A model generated the notes under the pieces. That model searched no databases. It worked only from the letters and a program-made list of their open reading frames with translations, and had not been told where the DNA came from. The position numbers and the translations under genes were made by a program. From Paramecium tetraurelia (Eukaryota), in assembly GCA_000165425.1 (NCBI GenBank), contig CT868429.1:1-64000 (forward strand): a stretch of 64,000 bases of DNA, read 5' to 3'. Position 1 is the stretch's first letter. Every line of letters starts with the position of its first letter. Below, one piece after another: positions 40,794 through 54,900 of this stretch.

Positions 40794-42276
40794 TCACATT
40801 AAGATTTTCTAGTTTGAAAATACTTAGATTTAGGTCGAAAATTATTTACTAAATTATTATTGAATATTACTTTCTGGTAGTAAAGTATTTTACTTAAACC
40901 TACTGGAGAATTACCTATCACGATCAATTGAGGAAGGTGATTATGATAAGCTTACACCATATCCAGAATCATTAGAGAATTTACTGACACTTAGTTGTTT
41001 ATTTTAACTTCTGGGAGTTCTAATTATGGATGATTTTCTATTGTCTTTAATTTTGAAAGATAACATCTTTGGAATTTTATTGTAAAAAAATTGATGTTTC
41101 AAAGCTTCTTTGCAATTTAATCTTTTAGTGTAGTCTGTTTCTAGGCATTTGGTCATTAAATCCATAAGAACCTAAGAACATTAGACTTCTGTAAAGTCTA
41201 TTTTGCCATGATAGTTTTTCTGTATCATTCTGTTTTTATCTTGATCTTCAAAAGGGTGTTTTAAAGTAACCAAAACATAAATGACAATGCCTAAACTGTA
41301 AACATCAATATTTAGGACATATCTCTTATCTTATAATACTTCTGGAGCCACATACCCTATGCTTCCACATCTTGTGAATAGATATCTTCCATTCTTATTC
41401 CAAAAATCTGCTAAGCTAAAGTCTATTAAGCAAGGTTCTGTGAAGTCTGGTGATGTTCTATACATAATATTTTGTGGTTTGATATCTCTGTGGAAGATGT
41501 TATTGTCATGCAAATATGAAACACATTCAAATAGAGGTCTCATTATTTACTTAATCTGATTTTCGTCATATCGTTATTGTCTCTCTAATATAGTTTGCAA
41601 GCTTTCTCCCTTCAATTCTTCTTAAAGCAAAAATATTAATTCGTCATCCTCAAAAATTTCAACTAAATTTGAAATGTGGTGATGATTTATGGTTCTGAGA
41701 ATTTAAACTTCCTTCCTAAGACTCTGTTTCTATTCTTCAGAAATCAAATTCTATTTTTCGTATACTTTGGCTACATAAACAACGTGAGGATCTAATGAGG
41801 ATTCTAATTTTAGAAACTATTTGTATATCAAACATTTCATACAGTGGCATTGCTTCCATAATATAGGGTTTGTATTATTTTGTATCTATCAGAGATTTCT
41901 CTTTAAATACAGTATTTCCTTATGTACTCGTAGAGCTTCTGAGGTTTCTCATAGATTTCCAAGGATGTTCCAGATTTGATAAGTTTTAATCCTTCGATCT
42001 CATTATTCTTATCAAAGATTACTAACAATGTAGCATTTAATAGATTGACATATTTCTATATAAAAGATATTAGATTACTTTGCTTGAATAGATAAGGATA
42101 TGTTGCGACAATTGCAACAATTTATTTTTCAGTTTGCCATCTTTTTAAATCAAAAATTGACCACTGAAATCTATATGCTCAAGTCCCTCTATAGGTTTTA
42201 TATAAAATTTGGATTGATCATCCAAAATAGATGAATAATTTTATCTTAACCTTAGATGCTTAGTAATTTTAATCAT
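40794..42276 (-). CDS. CAMK-like Ser/Thr kinase, paralog of 38990-40667
   Basis: VAK, HRDIKPQN, CLIDFSLAD, YLFTRCGSIGYVAPE, DVYSLG; the 3' end is slightly uncertain. Confidence 0.88.
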
Positions 42277-42443
42277 TTTGTTGTTGTATTAATCTTATAA
42301 TAATAATAATATTTGATCTCAGGTCTAAAAATTGATTTTTCAACCTTTTGGGTAATTCCTGATTTAGATCAGAATCAAAGGTATAAATATTTGGGATCAA
42401 AATCGATATTTAAGTTTAATAAATGCCTATCGTTTGAATATAT

Positions 42444-45131
42444 ATGAATAATTATTAAGAAAAAATTGGTTTATTTAGCATCAATACTGTTAGTCCAAAA
42501 GAATGGTAATTAAATGCTGATCTGGACGTAGAACTACAAGCAAAACCAATTGAAACAGATAATCTTGATCTCCTTTTAAGTCCGCTTACCAAAGTTTCAA
42601 ATCAAGCCAAACTTTTCTTAGATTATGAGAAAAGACCTCATGCTAGCTAACTCTCAATTTTAGGAAATAACATGATGGCTTACTTTAATCTTAAGAAATT
42701 TTTGTAAAAATTAAGCAGAAATCGAGAGAATTTTAAAAGGTTAACCTCAAAGCATTTGGATGTTATTAATGATTAAGCCTCAGATTAGACTGTCCTTCTA
42801 AATAGTAACAAAAATAAACCGAAGTTAAAAATCTTTGATTTTCCCGTGTTACTTTCTTAATTATCAAAAAAGAACTCCATATTAACTACTTGGAAAAGAA
42901 GCATCCTTGAAGATCTAAATAAAATTCCTCTTATCCACCCTGAATCTAAGAAAAAGCTAATTTGGGATTATTTCATGACTGCCATTAGAATAGTTTTAAT
43001 GATCTTGCTGCCTTTAGAAATCGCCTTCCAACCAGGCATAATTTTTGAAAAAGCCCAAATTTTTACTTCTGTAACTATATTACTAACAATATTGGATATG
43101 ATAGTACGCTTGAATACTGTTTATTATGAGGATGGCAAGGCTATCAATGATAGATGGAAGATATTTGAATTAAAAATTCAAGATTGTATTATATTCGATG
43201 TAATTGCAATATTTTCCTTGACTGTTAATTTTGGAGTAGTTTTGAGAAGTATTCTACCATCCTATAGTTTGCAATTTAAATATGTCTATGAAGTAATTAA
43301 TAAAAGTTAGGAGTCTTCTTACTTGAGTAAGCCAATACAGGGATTAATGAAACTAATTTGGTTCATTTTAACATTGTTAACAATTCTACACATTTTTAGT
43401 TGCATTTGGTTTTTGATAAGTAAAAATACAAACGGTGATAATTGGGTGAAGAATAAGGAAATAGACCAAAGTGAATGGGCAACATAATATATTGAAGCCC
43501 TATATTTCTCAACAGTAACCATGCTTACAATTGGTTATGGAGATAGTGTTCCTCAGAATCAAATTGAAAAGCTCGTCTCAATATTATTCATTTTAATCGC
43601 TTGTTTATGGTACTCTTATGCTGTCAATACGATAGGCCAGATCATTAATGAATTGACTTACAATTCAGAAAAAAGAAGACAGAGAATTCGAGTTATTAAT
43701 GGTTACATGAATAAAAGAAAAGTGCCTTACTCCTTGTAATTCAAAATCAGGGAATATCTTAATTACAGATGGAAAGAGGAATAGGAAAGTGATATCACCT
43801 AAGAAGACAAACTAATAAATGAACTATCAAATGAGCTTAAATAGGAATTAGAATTATTGGGTCGTAAGAATTTCATTGAAAAAAGTTAACTTTTACAACA
43901 TTTTTCGAATGAATTCAAGAGATCTGTAAGTTCACACATTAAAAGAGTAATTATATAACCTCATAATACTTTTTCTATGAAGGAAGATCCTTGTTTATGC
44001 TATTTGGAATCAGGCTAGTTATAATTCTTAATGTCAGAAATCAAAGAAGGATAGTTCATCTAAGAATATGAATATGCTACTGATACTCAAACCTCAATTC
44101 CTTATAAGGCCATCGGTTATGTGTCATTATTAATCATTTAGAAGGACAATTTTAATAAAATATTAAAAGCTCATCAAGTAGATCATGAAAAGTTTTCTCA
44201 ATTAAAGATGTAATTGTGCAGTGAATAATATGGATATTTATATGACTGTAAATGGTGCAGTACTCATGGTCATTCTACAAACTATTGTCCTCTAGTTTCC
44301 TATAAATATGATAGAGAAGGTATTATTAAGAAGCATTGTTTTCCCAAGTAAAATGAAAGAGTTCCTATTATTCGGAATCGAGTTAGAAATTACTTCAAGT
44401 CTCTTTCTGAGATGGAATTGATTTAAGAGTATGTCGCATATTTTTAAAGTGAAAAACAACAAATAATATAAGATCAACTCAAAAAACAACTTTCTGATAG
44501 TTAAATCAATATGCAAATTCAAAGGAAATAATCTTTTTTCGATGATGAATTGTAAGAATTTGGAGTTAAACGAAAATCGATTCATGAAAATAATGGTAGA
44601 TCACCAATTCAAAAATTAGGAATCTCGAGTGTTGGGCAATCTAATTTCCAATTTTTAGGAGTGATTAAGCCCAAACAATCTGAATTGGAAAAATCTTTTA
44701 TTTTAAAGACTATCCAACCTAATATGATTGAGGAAGAGTAGATCTAGAATATTAATGCTCTGTATTTGAAATCCAAAAAAGATGGCTATACGAACTAAGA
44801 CTTAGAAATTCTCTATCTAAAGTATAACAGTCATCCAGCTTAAGATTTTGATCATGTAAAAAGTTTTGAACACTATTTCCCAGAATTTAACGTTGAATAA
44901 GTCCTGAAAAAGAAAAGAGAAGTGTATAAAAGTTATTTTAAGGAGCTAATAAGATACATGCTTTATCCTTTCTTATATGTTCTGAAATTTAATAAGATAG
45001 CACACAAACGAAAATTAACTGGAAACTTTTAGTAAGTTGGCAATATCATGAAATTCAAGAAGGCCCTCTTAAATAAAAAAAGAAGATAAACCTCAGTATT
45101 TCCTAATGGATAACCTTTGATTCATATTTGA
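42444..45131 (+). CDS. Cyclic-nucleotide-binding-homology K+ channel
   Basis: Start, middle and end are in one code-6 frame; IHPESKKKLIWD, TMLTIGYGDSVP pore, C-linker, degenerate CNBD, CKWCSTHGHSTNYCP knuckle. Confidence 0.92.
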
Positions 45132-45444
45132 ACAACAATTTGCATATAATTATTTAATATCTAAGTATTTTCACTTAAATATATATTAATTTGTGGCTTA
45201 GCCTATTGTCTCTTAAAATTGCTATTGAATCGAATAACAAGAATATTCGGAAAACGTGGGTTCATATAGACTATTTATATCAAGCAAATGATGCAATGCC
45301 TTTCTTTAGGAATTCATGTGACAATTTTCAATAAGAATTAATATTTAAATGTTATATTCCAGTAAGTTGTTCGGAATAAGTTAGCAATTTTTTTAATTGA
45401 TTTCAAGAATGTGATTAGTTTAGATTAGTGGAGTGAATTCTAAA

Positions 45445-46737
45445 ATGCAGAATGAAGAAGTTATGGTAATAGTATAATATAAAGTTTATAAAATTAAGAT
45501 CTTGCAGAGTTTATTAGTTTGTGATAGTTTATTATTAAAAAATTAATTAAATATTCGTAATTATGTTAAGCTGCTCAGCACCTATTCTACCTGAAACTTG
45601 GACTAACTCTAATTAATTAATGCTAAGTTTAATTGCACCTCCAGAAAACTTAAGTCCAGAATATTTCAGTTCACTATTAAACCAGTAAGAATTTATTGAA
45701 TATTAGGTATGGACCCGTGCAATAAGTGAAGATTTTAAATAAATCGTTAATGGACTTTAAGGTGTTTGTAGAAATGGGTAATTCAGAGGCAGCAAAATTA
45801 GCTAAATAATTTCTTGATTAACTTTCTTCAAACTTTATTAAATGTTCATATTATCATGAGGAGAAGCAATTTGAATCAGGATCTTAGAATAATTGCTCTT
45901 TTGAGATTATTGGTGATTCAACTGTTAGCTCGTAGAAATGCTAACATCAAACTTCGTTAAATGAAAGTACATTTTACTTGATCTATTAAGTTTTATATGA
46001 AGATGACTATAGGCCTTCAAGCGTCAAGACCTTACCCTTAAATCATAAGACAGTCAAATCTTCATAACTAATTTAGCCAACCTAGACTTTGTGTGTAAGT
46101 GGAATTAAGGGGAAAGAAATAGATGCCAAAAAATTGTATAATATTTTTAGTAACTTCGGAAATATTGATAAAATCTTACTTATTAAGTAAATATAATTTA
46201 TTATTGTAAAACTAGAATTAAAAATTTCGCATTTGTTAAGTATCTCAAAAATGATAATGCAATATTCGTTTTCTAGAATTGTTAATAATTAGAATTCTTT
46301 GATAGCACCATTTCAATTTCTTATGCTTCAGACGACTCAATAGATAAGCTGATTGGTCTTGACACTCTCTATCAAGAATAGGACTATTATATTGGTTCTG
46401 AGGATACAGACAGGTAAGAATTAAATTGAAAGATAGATTCAATTGTAACAATAAAATGATTCTTTTGCCACCGAGTTAGGTATTGCACATCTCAAATCTT
46501 AAAAAGGTTTCTTCCAATGCTGAAACTATGTGGGATGTATTTTCTGAATTTGGTGTTGTTCAAGTAAGATTCCATCTAATTTGTTAGGCTGTAAAGGTAT
46601 TAAATACACAATTCAAGTTTATGTGTTTAATAAAAATGGAAACTCTTAGGTAAGCCTTAGAAGTTATGGCTCTAATGCATAATGAAGAGATTGACAATAG
46701 AAATGTGCAAATCTCATTCACAAAAGCCAAAATTTGA
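45445..46737 (+). CDS. PTB/hnRNP-L-like multi-RRM RNA-binding protein
   Basis: KVFVEM; LYNIFSNFGNIDKI...FAFVKY; PPSQVLHISNL...MCLIKM...ALMHN...ISFTKAKI; 5' exon structure approximate. Confidence 0.85.
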
Positions 46738-46995
46738 TCATATTGAAGAAATAATTATATATATAATATATAATAAATTATAAACATTATAATTCTATAA
46801 AATTTTATAAATAAGATTGAGATTTATCATTATAATATAAAATAATTATAAAGTATTATGTAATATGAATTTGTTTTGTTAATTATTATAATGCAAGATG
46901 ATTTGTAAGGTAATTAATCAATACGTGCTGACGTATGATTTTGCTATATAAATGTGGGAATCTAAATCTTTTACTTTAAATAATTCTAAGTTTTA

Positions 46996-47477
46996 ATGAA
47001 TAACTTCCAACTCTTCGACAGCAGCCTCATTCTTTAACAACAACTTCTCCTCTAACAAATGTTTATTTACAATCAAATGCTTGTTTAAAAGTAATATTTT
47101 ACCTCCTAACCTTCACTATAGAACCAAAATGCTATCCAAACCTTAACAGTAGCCAATAATATCAAAAGCAACTGAAGAAAATGAGTCCTCCTCTCCATCC
47201 ATTTCAAAATTGGAGGAAACACATCCAGTTAAGCCATTAACATTGAAATAATCCAAAAAAAATGAAAAATTGACTCAAGAAAAGAAGCCTAAGAGATAAG
47301 AGGACAAGAATATTGAGAATAAGGAAACTTCTTAAAAGAAAAAAATATTTTTATCGATGCTTGATATTAAAGAAGCCCAATATAAGAAGTACATTTAATT
47401 ATTTATCAATTAGATTCAAAGTTATTGAGATGGATCAAGAAAAAAAGGCCATTATTTCTACTCAAATCGAACAATGA
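46996..47477 (+). CDS. Hypothetical Q/K-rich protein
   Basis: ATG 46996, two GT-AG introns (31 and 25 nt) give one frame to TGA 47477. Confidence 0.6.
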
Positions 47478-47996
47478 TTATACTTTTTAAATTTTTGTGT
47501 ATGTTAACAAATATATATTGTCACAAATTAATTATAAATTCTTGAAATCCTCATCAATTAAAACATTCTATTTTATAGAATTTCAATAGAAAAACGATTA
47601 CAACTTCAACCATTTTCTAACTATAAATTATAATATATATTCAATTTTAATAGGATACTTCCTTAGCTTAAATTAATTATAAAATAGATATTCATAGAAG
47701 GGAATTTAAATATATCTACACAGATCAAAAACATATCAATCCAAGTTTTCAGATGATATTCAAATGAACACCAGTAGCAAATTATATAAATTTATGATTT
47801 TCCTAAGGATTTAGACTTCCTAAATAGATAAAAAACTCAAATTTATTATATAATTGAATAGAATATTATCATAAATATATCTATTTATATTTTATTACCA
47901 TTTTTGATTGATTTTAACAGATGAATTCAAATTTAAATGACTGACAATTTAGATCTATGAATTTCAAATTGATAAATATAATAAATATTTTTATAA

Positions 47997-48780
47997 ATGT
48001 TTATTATTACTTAAATTTTTGATGAGCCTGAAAATGATAAAGAAAACAGATAAGCCAGATCGATTGTATCCTTCCTTTTAAGATTCTCTTACTATGCTTT
48101 TCAATTAAGTGTCATTTATGAATCTGCTTATATTGTATACTTTGAGATGAGATCAACCTTATTTTCAATTTACTTCCTTTTCTTGTACTTTTTTCTGTTA
48201 AAGTCGTTTTACTTATCCATCAGACGGAAAAGCTATACTTATGTAAATATGATTGAAGAGCAAAATTTATGTAAAAGATGCAAAATACATAGAGGTTTTA
48301 TTTAATTTAGTATGATTAGAAATAACAACTCATCATTGTAAAATCTGCTAGACTTGCATATTAGAAATGGATCATCACTGTTTCTTCATTGGTAATTGTG
48401 TAGGGAAAAATAACTATAAATATTTTATAAGTTTTATTTGTTATACAAATATCCTGACATTAAGTGTATTATTATATTTAGGCAAACAATTTTATTTTTT
48501 CGTTACTTTGAGATTTGGATTATTAACAGTAAATTGGTTTAGATTGATATTTGTTTACATTTTCACAACATTACTTTTTTTATCGGCTCTTTCAATGTTG
48601 TTTGCTTAAGCATATGTCTTAGCAAACAATAGTTCGATGGTTCATATGCGAAAATATCCTGAATTGAAGAAATATACTTATTGTTAATTTATACTTAGTG
48701 TGTTTAAGAAATCTTTATATACAGACATTTATAACTCTTGGAAATAAAGAAGTGATTAATATTATTTGTTAATACCATGA
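47997..48780 (+). CDS. DHHC palmitoyltransferase
   Basis: CKRC...[35 protein letters not shown]; four TM segments; one intron. Confidence 0.92.
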
Positions 48781-48802
48781 AATAATTCTAATATATAATG
48801 CA

Positions 48803-50047
48803 TCATTAATTTTCAACTTCTTCTTCGTTTTTATTGTTTTATAAACATCTCTCTTAATATTCCTTAACCTTTTGGATTTTGATATCATATTTCTCTTTTC
48901 TTTTCCCTTTTAAATTTTATATTGCTCCTTCGACTGTGACTCCTGATTTTTAAATTACAAGAGATTTCTTATCTTCCGCTTTAACTTTTGCTTCTGGGAC
49001 TGCAACTGGGACTTTGAGCAAAGAAGCACCCATTGAGTAAAAATGCAAATATTCAATATATCTTTTTGAAAGGGTTTCTCTTAAATTTTCATAAACCCCT
49101 TGAGTAAATTCTGTATGACTTTCTGGATTTGGGTTCCATAATTGTTATTTGAATTCGCAATTATGTAACACTAATGGATAATCAGGAGCCATTTGATAAT
49201 TTGGTTTGCCATCAAATTTAGTAAATAAATCAGTTATTACAGATGACTTTTCGATGCCTTTTCCAATTAAAAAAAGGACAGCCATCATGTATCTTATTTA
49301 ATGCCATAGGAAAGCATTGCCTTCTATGGTTACACAATACAAACGCAATCTGTCATCGTCTTTAAATAATGTACTACATCTAGGAGCATTCTCTGGGAAT
49401 ACCTCTTCGATTGTAATATTCATGATTGTTCTTACAAAATTTTAGTTTGCAATAACATCTAATTTACAAAAGTTTCTAAAGTCATGTTCCCCTATAAATA
49501 GTAACATGGCCTCTGTCATCAATTCAATGTTGTAATCCATTTTATAGAAGTAGTACTTGTAAACTCTTTTAATGCAATCATAACGTGCATTGAATTTTTC
49601 ATCTACAATACATTCATCCAATATTTAAATATCTTCTGGCAAAACTCTGTTCAGAATTTATGCATAAAGTTTATCAGATTTTCCTATTTTCCTTACATTT
49701 AAGGCAACCACATTTCCTATAGCACTGACACCCTTATCTGTCCTACCAGCTCTAGTGTAATTGCAATCATCTCGATTGTCAATCATCCTAACTCTTTATA
49801 ATGCTTTAAATAGATGATTTTCTATGGTATTTTGTTAATTAATTTATTATTCCAAGCCATGATAGTTTATTCCTACATATGCTAATTTGAAAGCCACTCT
49901 TGTAAATTTCTGATCAAGACTTTTTATTTTTTTATCCTTCAACTTTCTTTTACTAAGTTATTTCTCCTTATATTCAGCTTCTAATTTCTCTAAAAATTTC
50001 TATTCGCCGACTTCTATCAATCTTTTCTTCAATCTATGCAAAAACAT
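48803..50047 (-). CDS. tRNA pseudouridine synthase, TruA family (PUS3/Deg1-like)
   Basis: [65 protein letters not shown]. Confidence 0.93.
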
Positions 50048-50132
50048 TGGATAAGAAAGAATTTATTTATTTTTTTAAATTAATTCAAATAAATATAATA
50101 TAATATAAATGACAAAATTTTTCGAATATTAA

Positions 50133-51247
50133 TCAAATCCGAACATTGCTTAATTCATAGTCAGGCTCGCTAAAATAAATCAAACTTTAATCCTAACTAT
50201 GAATATTGTCTTATCTCAAATGCATAATTTAATCTTTAATTTTCTTACACTTTTCTTACCATTTTCCTAAAATATATATCTTACATTTTTACTTTCGTAT
50301 TCTTATAGTTTATGATCTTTGTTAATTTCTTCAGGGCTAATATATTCAATTTCCTAGCATAATATAATTTCACATTTCACAACTTAGAAATATTATTACG
50401 AATTTTCTGCCATATAATCTAAATTCGAACTACCTTAAAATATGGCACTTTCTTAAACTGATTACTAAAATTCTTAAGTGACATTGATTGTTAATTTAGT
50501 TAATTTAATTTATACTGTTTTGAGAAATTTAATTTTGATGGCCTCATGTTAATTCAACTTAATTTCTTCTTTAATCATTTTCTTATTTTTCTTACTTTGA
50601 TCTCCATGAATTTGAAATTAGGATTACTTCAATTTTTGATTGCCCAGTGCAGCTAAATGTTTTAATGCCTTTCTTCTCATTCTTTCAGAATAGATAGTCA
50701 TGAAAAAGTCTTTCGATAATTCATCCTCATCAAGTAAAATTGGCCAATTTTTAAATTACTTATAAAGAGTTTTTTACCCAGCTTACGAACAAAATTGTAA
50801 TAAGTGTTTAGAATCATTAGCAGTTTTTGTAGTCTCTAAAAGCTCTCGAGTTCTCAAATCTGAAAGCACTAAAGTAATTTATCAATATATACCAAAACTA
50901 CCATCATTATTTAAAAAAGACAGTCCAATTCCTTAACCATTTTTTTCAAACAATTCATCAATAAACGCACCCAAATTTTAATTTTACTCCAAAATTTTTG
51001 TTTGTATCTTAAAGTTAATCTTAAGCAAGTAGTTCTTCTTCTCCTGAACCTTTTCAGATTTAATGAGGATTTGAATTATTGATCCAATGCTGAGTAGTTC
51101 TCTTTTATCTTAGATGGTTTCCAAATTATCTTCGAATTCTTTTATGTTGGATGTTTATTAAAATGCTTATTAATCATTAATAAATTTCATCATATTCGAG
51201 ACTGTATCAATAAAACTAGTTTCAGCTTTACTTTTTAATTGCTGCAT
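50133..51247 (-). CDS. Hypothetical protein (~360 aa)
   Basis: Long code-6 ORF from ATG 51247 with a 22-nt intron near 50870-50891, ending at TGA 50133; no confident domain. Confidence 0.7.
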
Positions 51248-51909
51248 TTGTAACTTCGATATGATAGATTTATTATATTAAATTGTTAAAATAATAATTT
51301 TCGCATGATTACCTGACAATTTATAATGATTTGCTGTGCTGCTGTTTTGGTGTAAAAAAATCATCTGTTATTTTTGCGTATTTTAATTAATTATACAAAA
51401 TCCTTATTTCCTAACTGCCAAAATTAAATTTTTTTCTTCTCTATTTTTCTAAATCACATATTATGTACATTATATTTCCACCTCTAAATGGTTAGGATTA
51501 ATAAACCTCTATTATAAATTATCTTACTATTGGATTTAAGAGGTTTCAATTCGATCTCATTCATAAAATTTCATAGATTTCAATTCAAAAAGAACCTCTA
51601 CAGCTTCCATTGTAATTTTTTTATGAACATAAACCGAAAGCCTGAAATAGAATGAGCAGATCAATTTATATAAAATAAGCTTACACAAAAAAATTGTAGC
51701 AAAATTACGAAAGCATAAGATGTTGTATGAAGAAATTACTGATTATAGGGTTAATTTGGTAAATATAAAGGAATGACATTATATAGGATTATATGTTTTA
51801 ACAAATCTAATATATATATTTAGAGTAAATTAATAAATTTTATTTATAAGATTAATAATTTATTAGAATTAAATTGTTTATTATAGAAATTATAAGTATG
51901 AATTAATTT

Positions 51910-54900
51910 TCAAATTAATCTGTGTTCTAATGTAAAACTACATACTAAAATGAAATCTATGAATAATTTAATGCATCCAATGTAAGGGATTTCACTTGTA
52001 TTCTATAATGAAATCACAACCACGTCAATAATAATTGACAAACAATTTGTGACTATGTGATTATACTTATCTATTTGTCTGATGAGTGAATAGTTTGTGT
52101 ATTGTTGAGGGTTCTATTTGCTTAAATATTTTAGTTTAAGTAATGGAAGTCTGGCCCAAGTACCTGATGTGATGAAGGATAACAATGGGTTGTTCATACT
52201 ATTATAGGTCTAAGAGTAATATATGTTATTGATGCTGAAAAGAATTGAAGCTAAGATGAACTCGATTTAAACCTTGTTGATGTAAGCATACAACAACAGC
52301 ATGCAATTGCCTATAGTCTATAAAAATGAAAATGCCAAAATAGATGACAGAATTACTTGTGGAAATATTGGGAGTTTCGGAGGTAAAATCAATGAAACAA
52401 CTTAATAGCAAATTGCAACTCCAAGAATAGCTAATAATACAGATGATGCCACTCCAAAATAAGGTTGATTTTTTATTTGATTACAAGTTAGATTGCCATC
52501 AATTTAATATCCAGGAGAGCATTCATTACAAGTTGTATTATTATCGCAGCTCAAACAATTACTAGTGCATTACTTTAGGATGCATCTAGAACCTTCTAAA
52601 TAATAGTTTTCTTTGCATGAAAGACAACCATTGATATCACATGTTTTGCATTCAGAATCACATTATAAACATGTTTTGTTTTTTTCATAATATTCTGAAG
52701 GACATTCCTTAAGACATTTACTCTTAAAATAAATGCCAAAATCTTCAGTGCATTTATCACAAATATCAATTGAATTGCAGGTTTAGCACCCTTCAATCTT
52801 ACATTAACATATTTTATCTGTTAGATTATACTGGTTTTAGCATTCCAAGCATTCTTAGGAATTGCATGAACTGCACCCTAATGAACAAACTACACAATCT
52901 TTGTTTTCATTATCATAATAGCCAGACGGACAGGTATCTAAACAATTAGTTTTATATTTAAATTTGTCTGGATTGCATTAGACACAATTAAGTTATTAAT
53001 TCTTAATCTAACAAACAGAGCAATTTTCAATTGAACAATCATTTGACATTCTGCATTAATTTTGATACAATTCAAATGGTGTTACACATGAAATACAGTT
53101 TTAAGTAGATTCACTAAAGCTGCACTATTAACAATTGTCAATATAACATATCTATTCACATACATTATTCTTCAATTAATAACCCATTTTACATTATGAG
53201 CATTCAGATTTATTGCACTACAGACAATTTTCTTAAGCGCATTGATAACAAGTATTATCTTCCTTATAAGTTTAACTAGGGCATTTTAAATAACAACTAT
53301 CTTAAAATATTAAATATGGAGTTGGACAATTTTCAGTTGCCACAGTCAAGATGATCTTCTCATTGCTTTGATGAGTAATTTGATTATTATATATGAGAGA
53401 AACTTGAACTATGGCATTGTTTTTTAAAGAACATGTTGAATTATGAACGGAATCTATCTTTCCTTAAGAAACACAATTGTTATTTTGAAACCTAAACTTT
53501 ATGGTTGAATCACTTTAGTATGGGACAACAGAAGATAATGAATAACTTAATTGAACATAATCTAATGCTGTAGCAGTCAAGGTAATTTAGTTCATGTTGA
53601 GTGTTGTTGGATATATTTATATGTTATTTGATTGTTCTAAATACTAATCAGCTCTGCTTAATTTGAAAATAGCTTAATCATTTTTTGAATAACTATAATC
53701 TTTGAATTGAACTTAGGATATTTAAACTTTGTAATTTTTATTTTGTTGACAACCCTATTCGCATATTTGTAGATTTAACTAATTGTTTTGATAAGTACTG
53801 CGAATTTGAGTATCATCAAATGTGACCTTACTATTACTGAAATCAATCTAATCATTTGTATTTGCAAAGCTTAAATAATTTTAGTATTTGTTATTTAAAG
53901 GAGAAGAGAATAGCACATCAAAATCCAATTGAGCATTCTTACTGTAAAATGTATTCTAACTCCAGTTAATATTTTTCACATCCAACAAATAGTTATATTC
54001 CATTTAAAAACTAGAGCATGTTGAGATTTATTCAAATTCCGTTTAAATGCTTACGCATATCTTCTCTAATTAATTATATTAATCAGCATTAACAAGATTT
54101 TTCAATGTTAATAAAATTTATGTTTGATCACATAATGTACATTGATCCTTCAATAATTTTTAGCAATTGACGACAGTATTATTTAGATAACAAACTGATG
54201 ATCCTGTCATAGCAGTTTCAGTCATTTGTAATTATAAAAGTGTCAAATATTTCAATTCAGAAGGAAGTTGTATATTGATATTAACATCAGTTGGAGAGGA
54301 TATTAATGAAGTGCTCTTGCTAAATGATAAAATTAGTAACTATTAATCTGAACATTAAGAACCCTAGCAAATCAATTCAGGAGTGATATGATTACTACTT
54401 TAATAACTTACAGTTTAGCCATCTGATGATAGTTCTATGATATAATTTACTTTTGATTATGGGATTGCATTAGCATTCTATAAACTTAATAAATTAAAAT
54501 TAATCTAATTATTTGTGTTATCAAACTAAAATGATAATATTAAAAACTTGGAATCAGTTGTTACTTATGACTTCAGAATTAATTTCTCATTATAATTGAA
54601 GGATGGATCATTAACAATTTCAGTAAGAGGTATCTTGATTGTTACAAATTTTGATGTTTCATGATTAAATTAAATATTTAAATCAGTGTTTTAACTCAGG
54701 ATTCTTACTGATCTCTATATAGTTGAATCAAAACTTTGAATAGGGAAGTTTAACAATTAATTGCAATTAACTTAAGAAATTGAATCAAGTAATTAGCTGC
54801 CCACATAAGAGTATATTGAAATTAAACATTAATTAGTAGTTTTAAGCCATTTTATTGAATTAATACTAGATAATTTAATTGTATTAGTAGCTTTCAGCTC

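Noticed and set aside
45300..45335. TGTCA motif as part of a telomerase RNA gene
   Set aside because: It is not followed by a CCCCAA or CCCAAA template.
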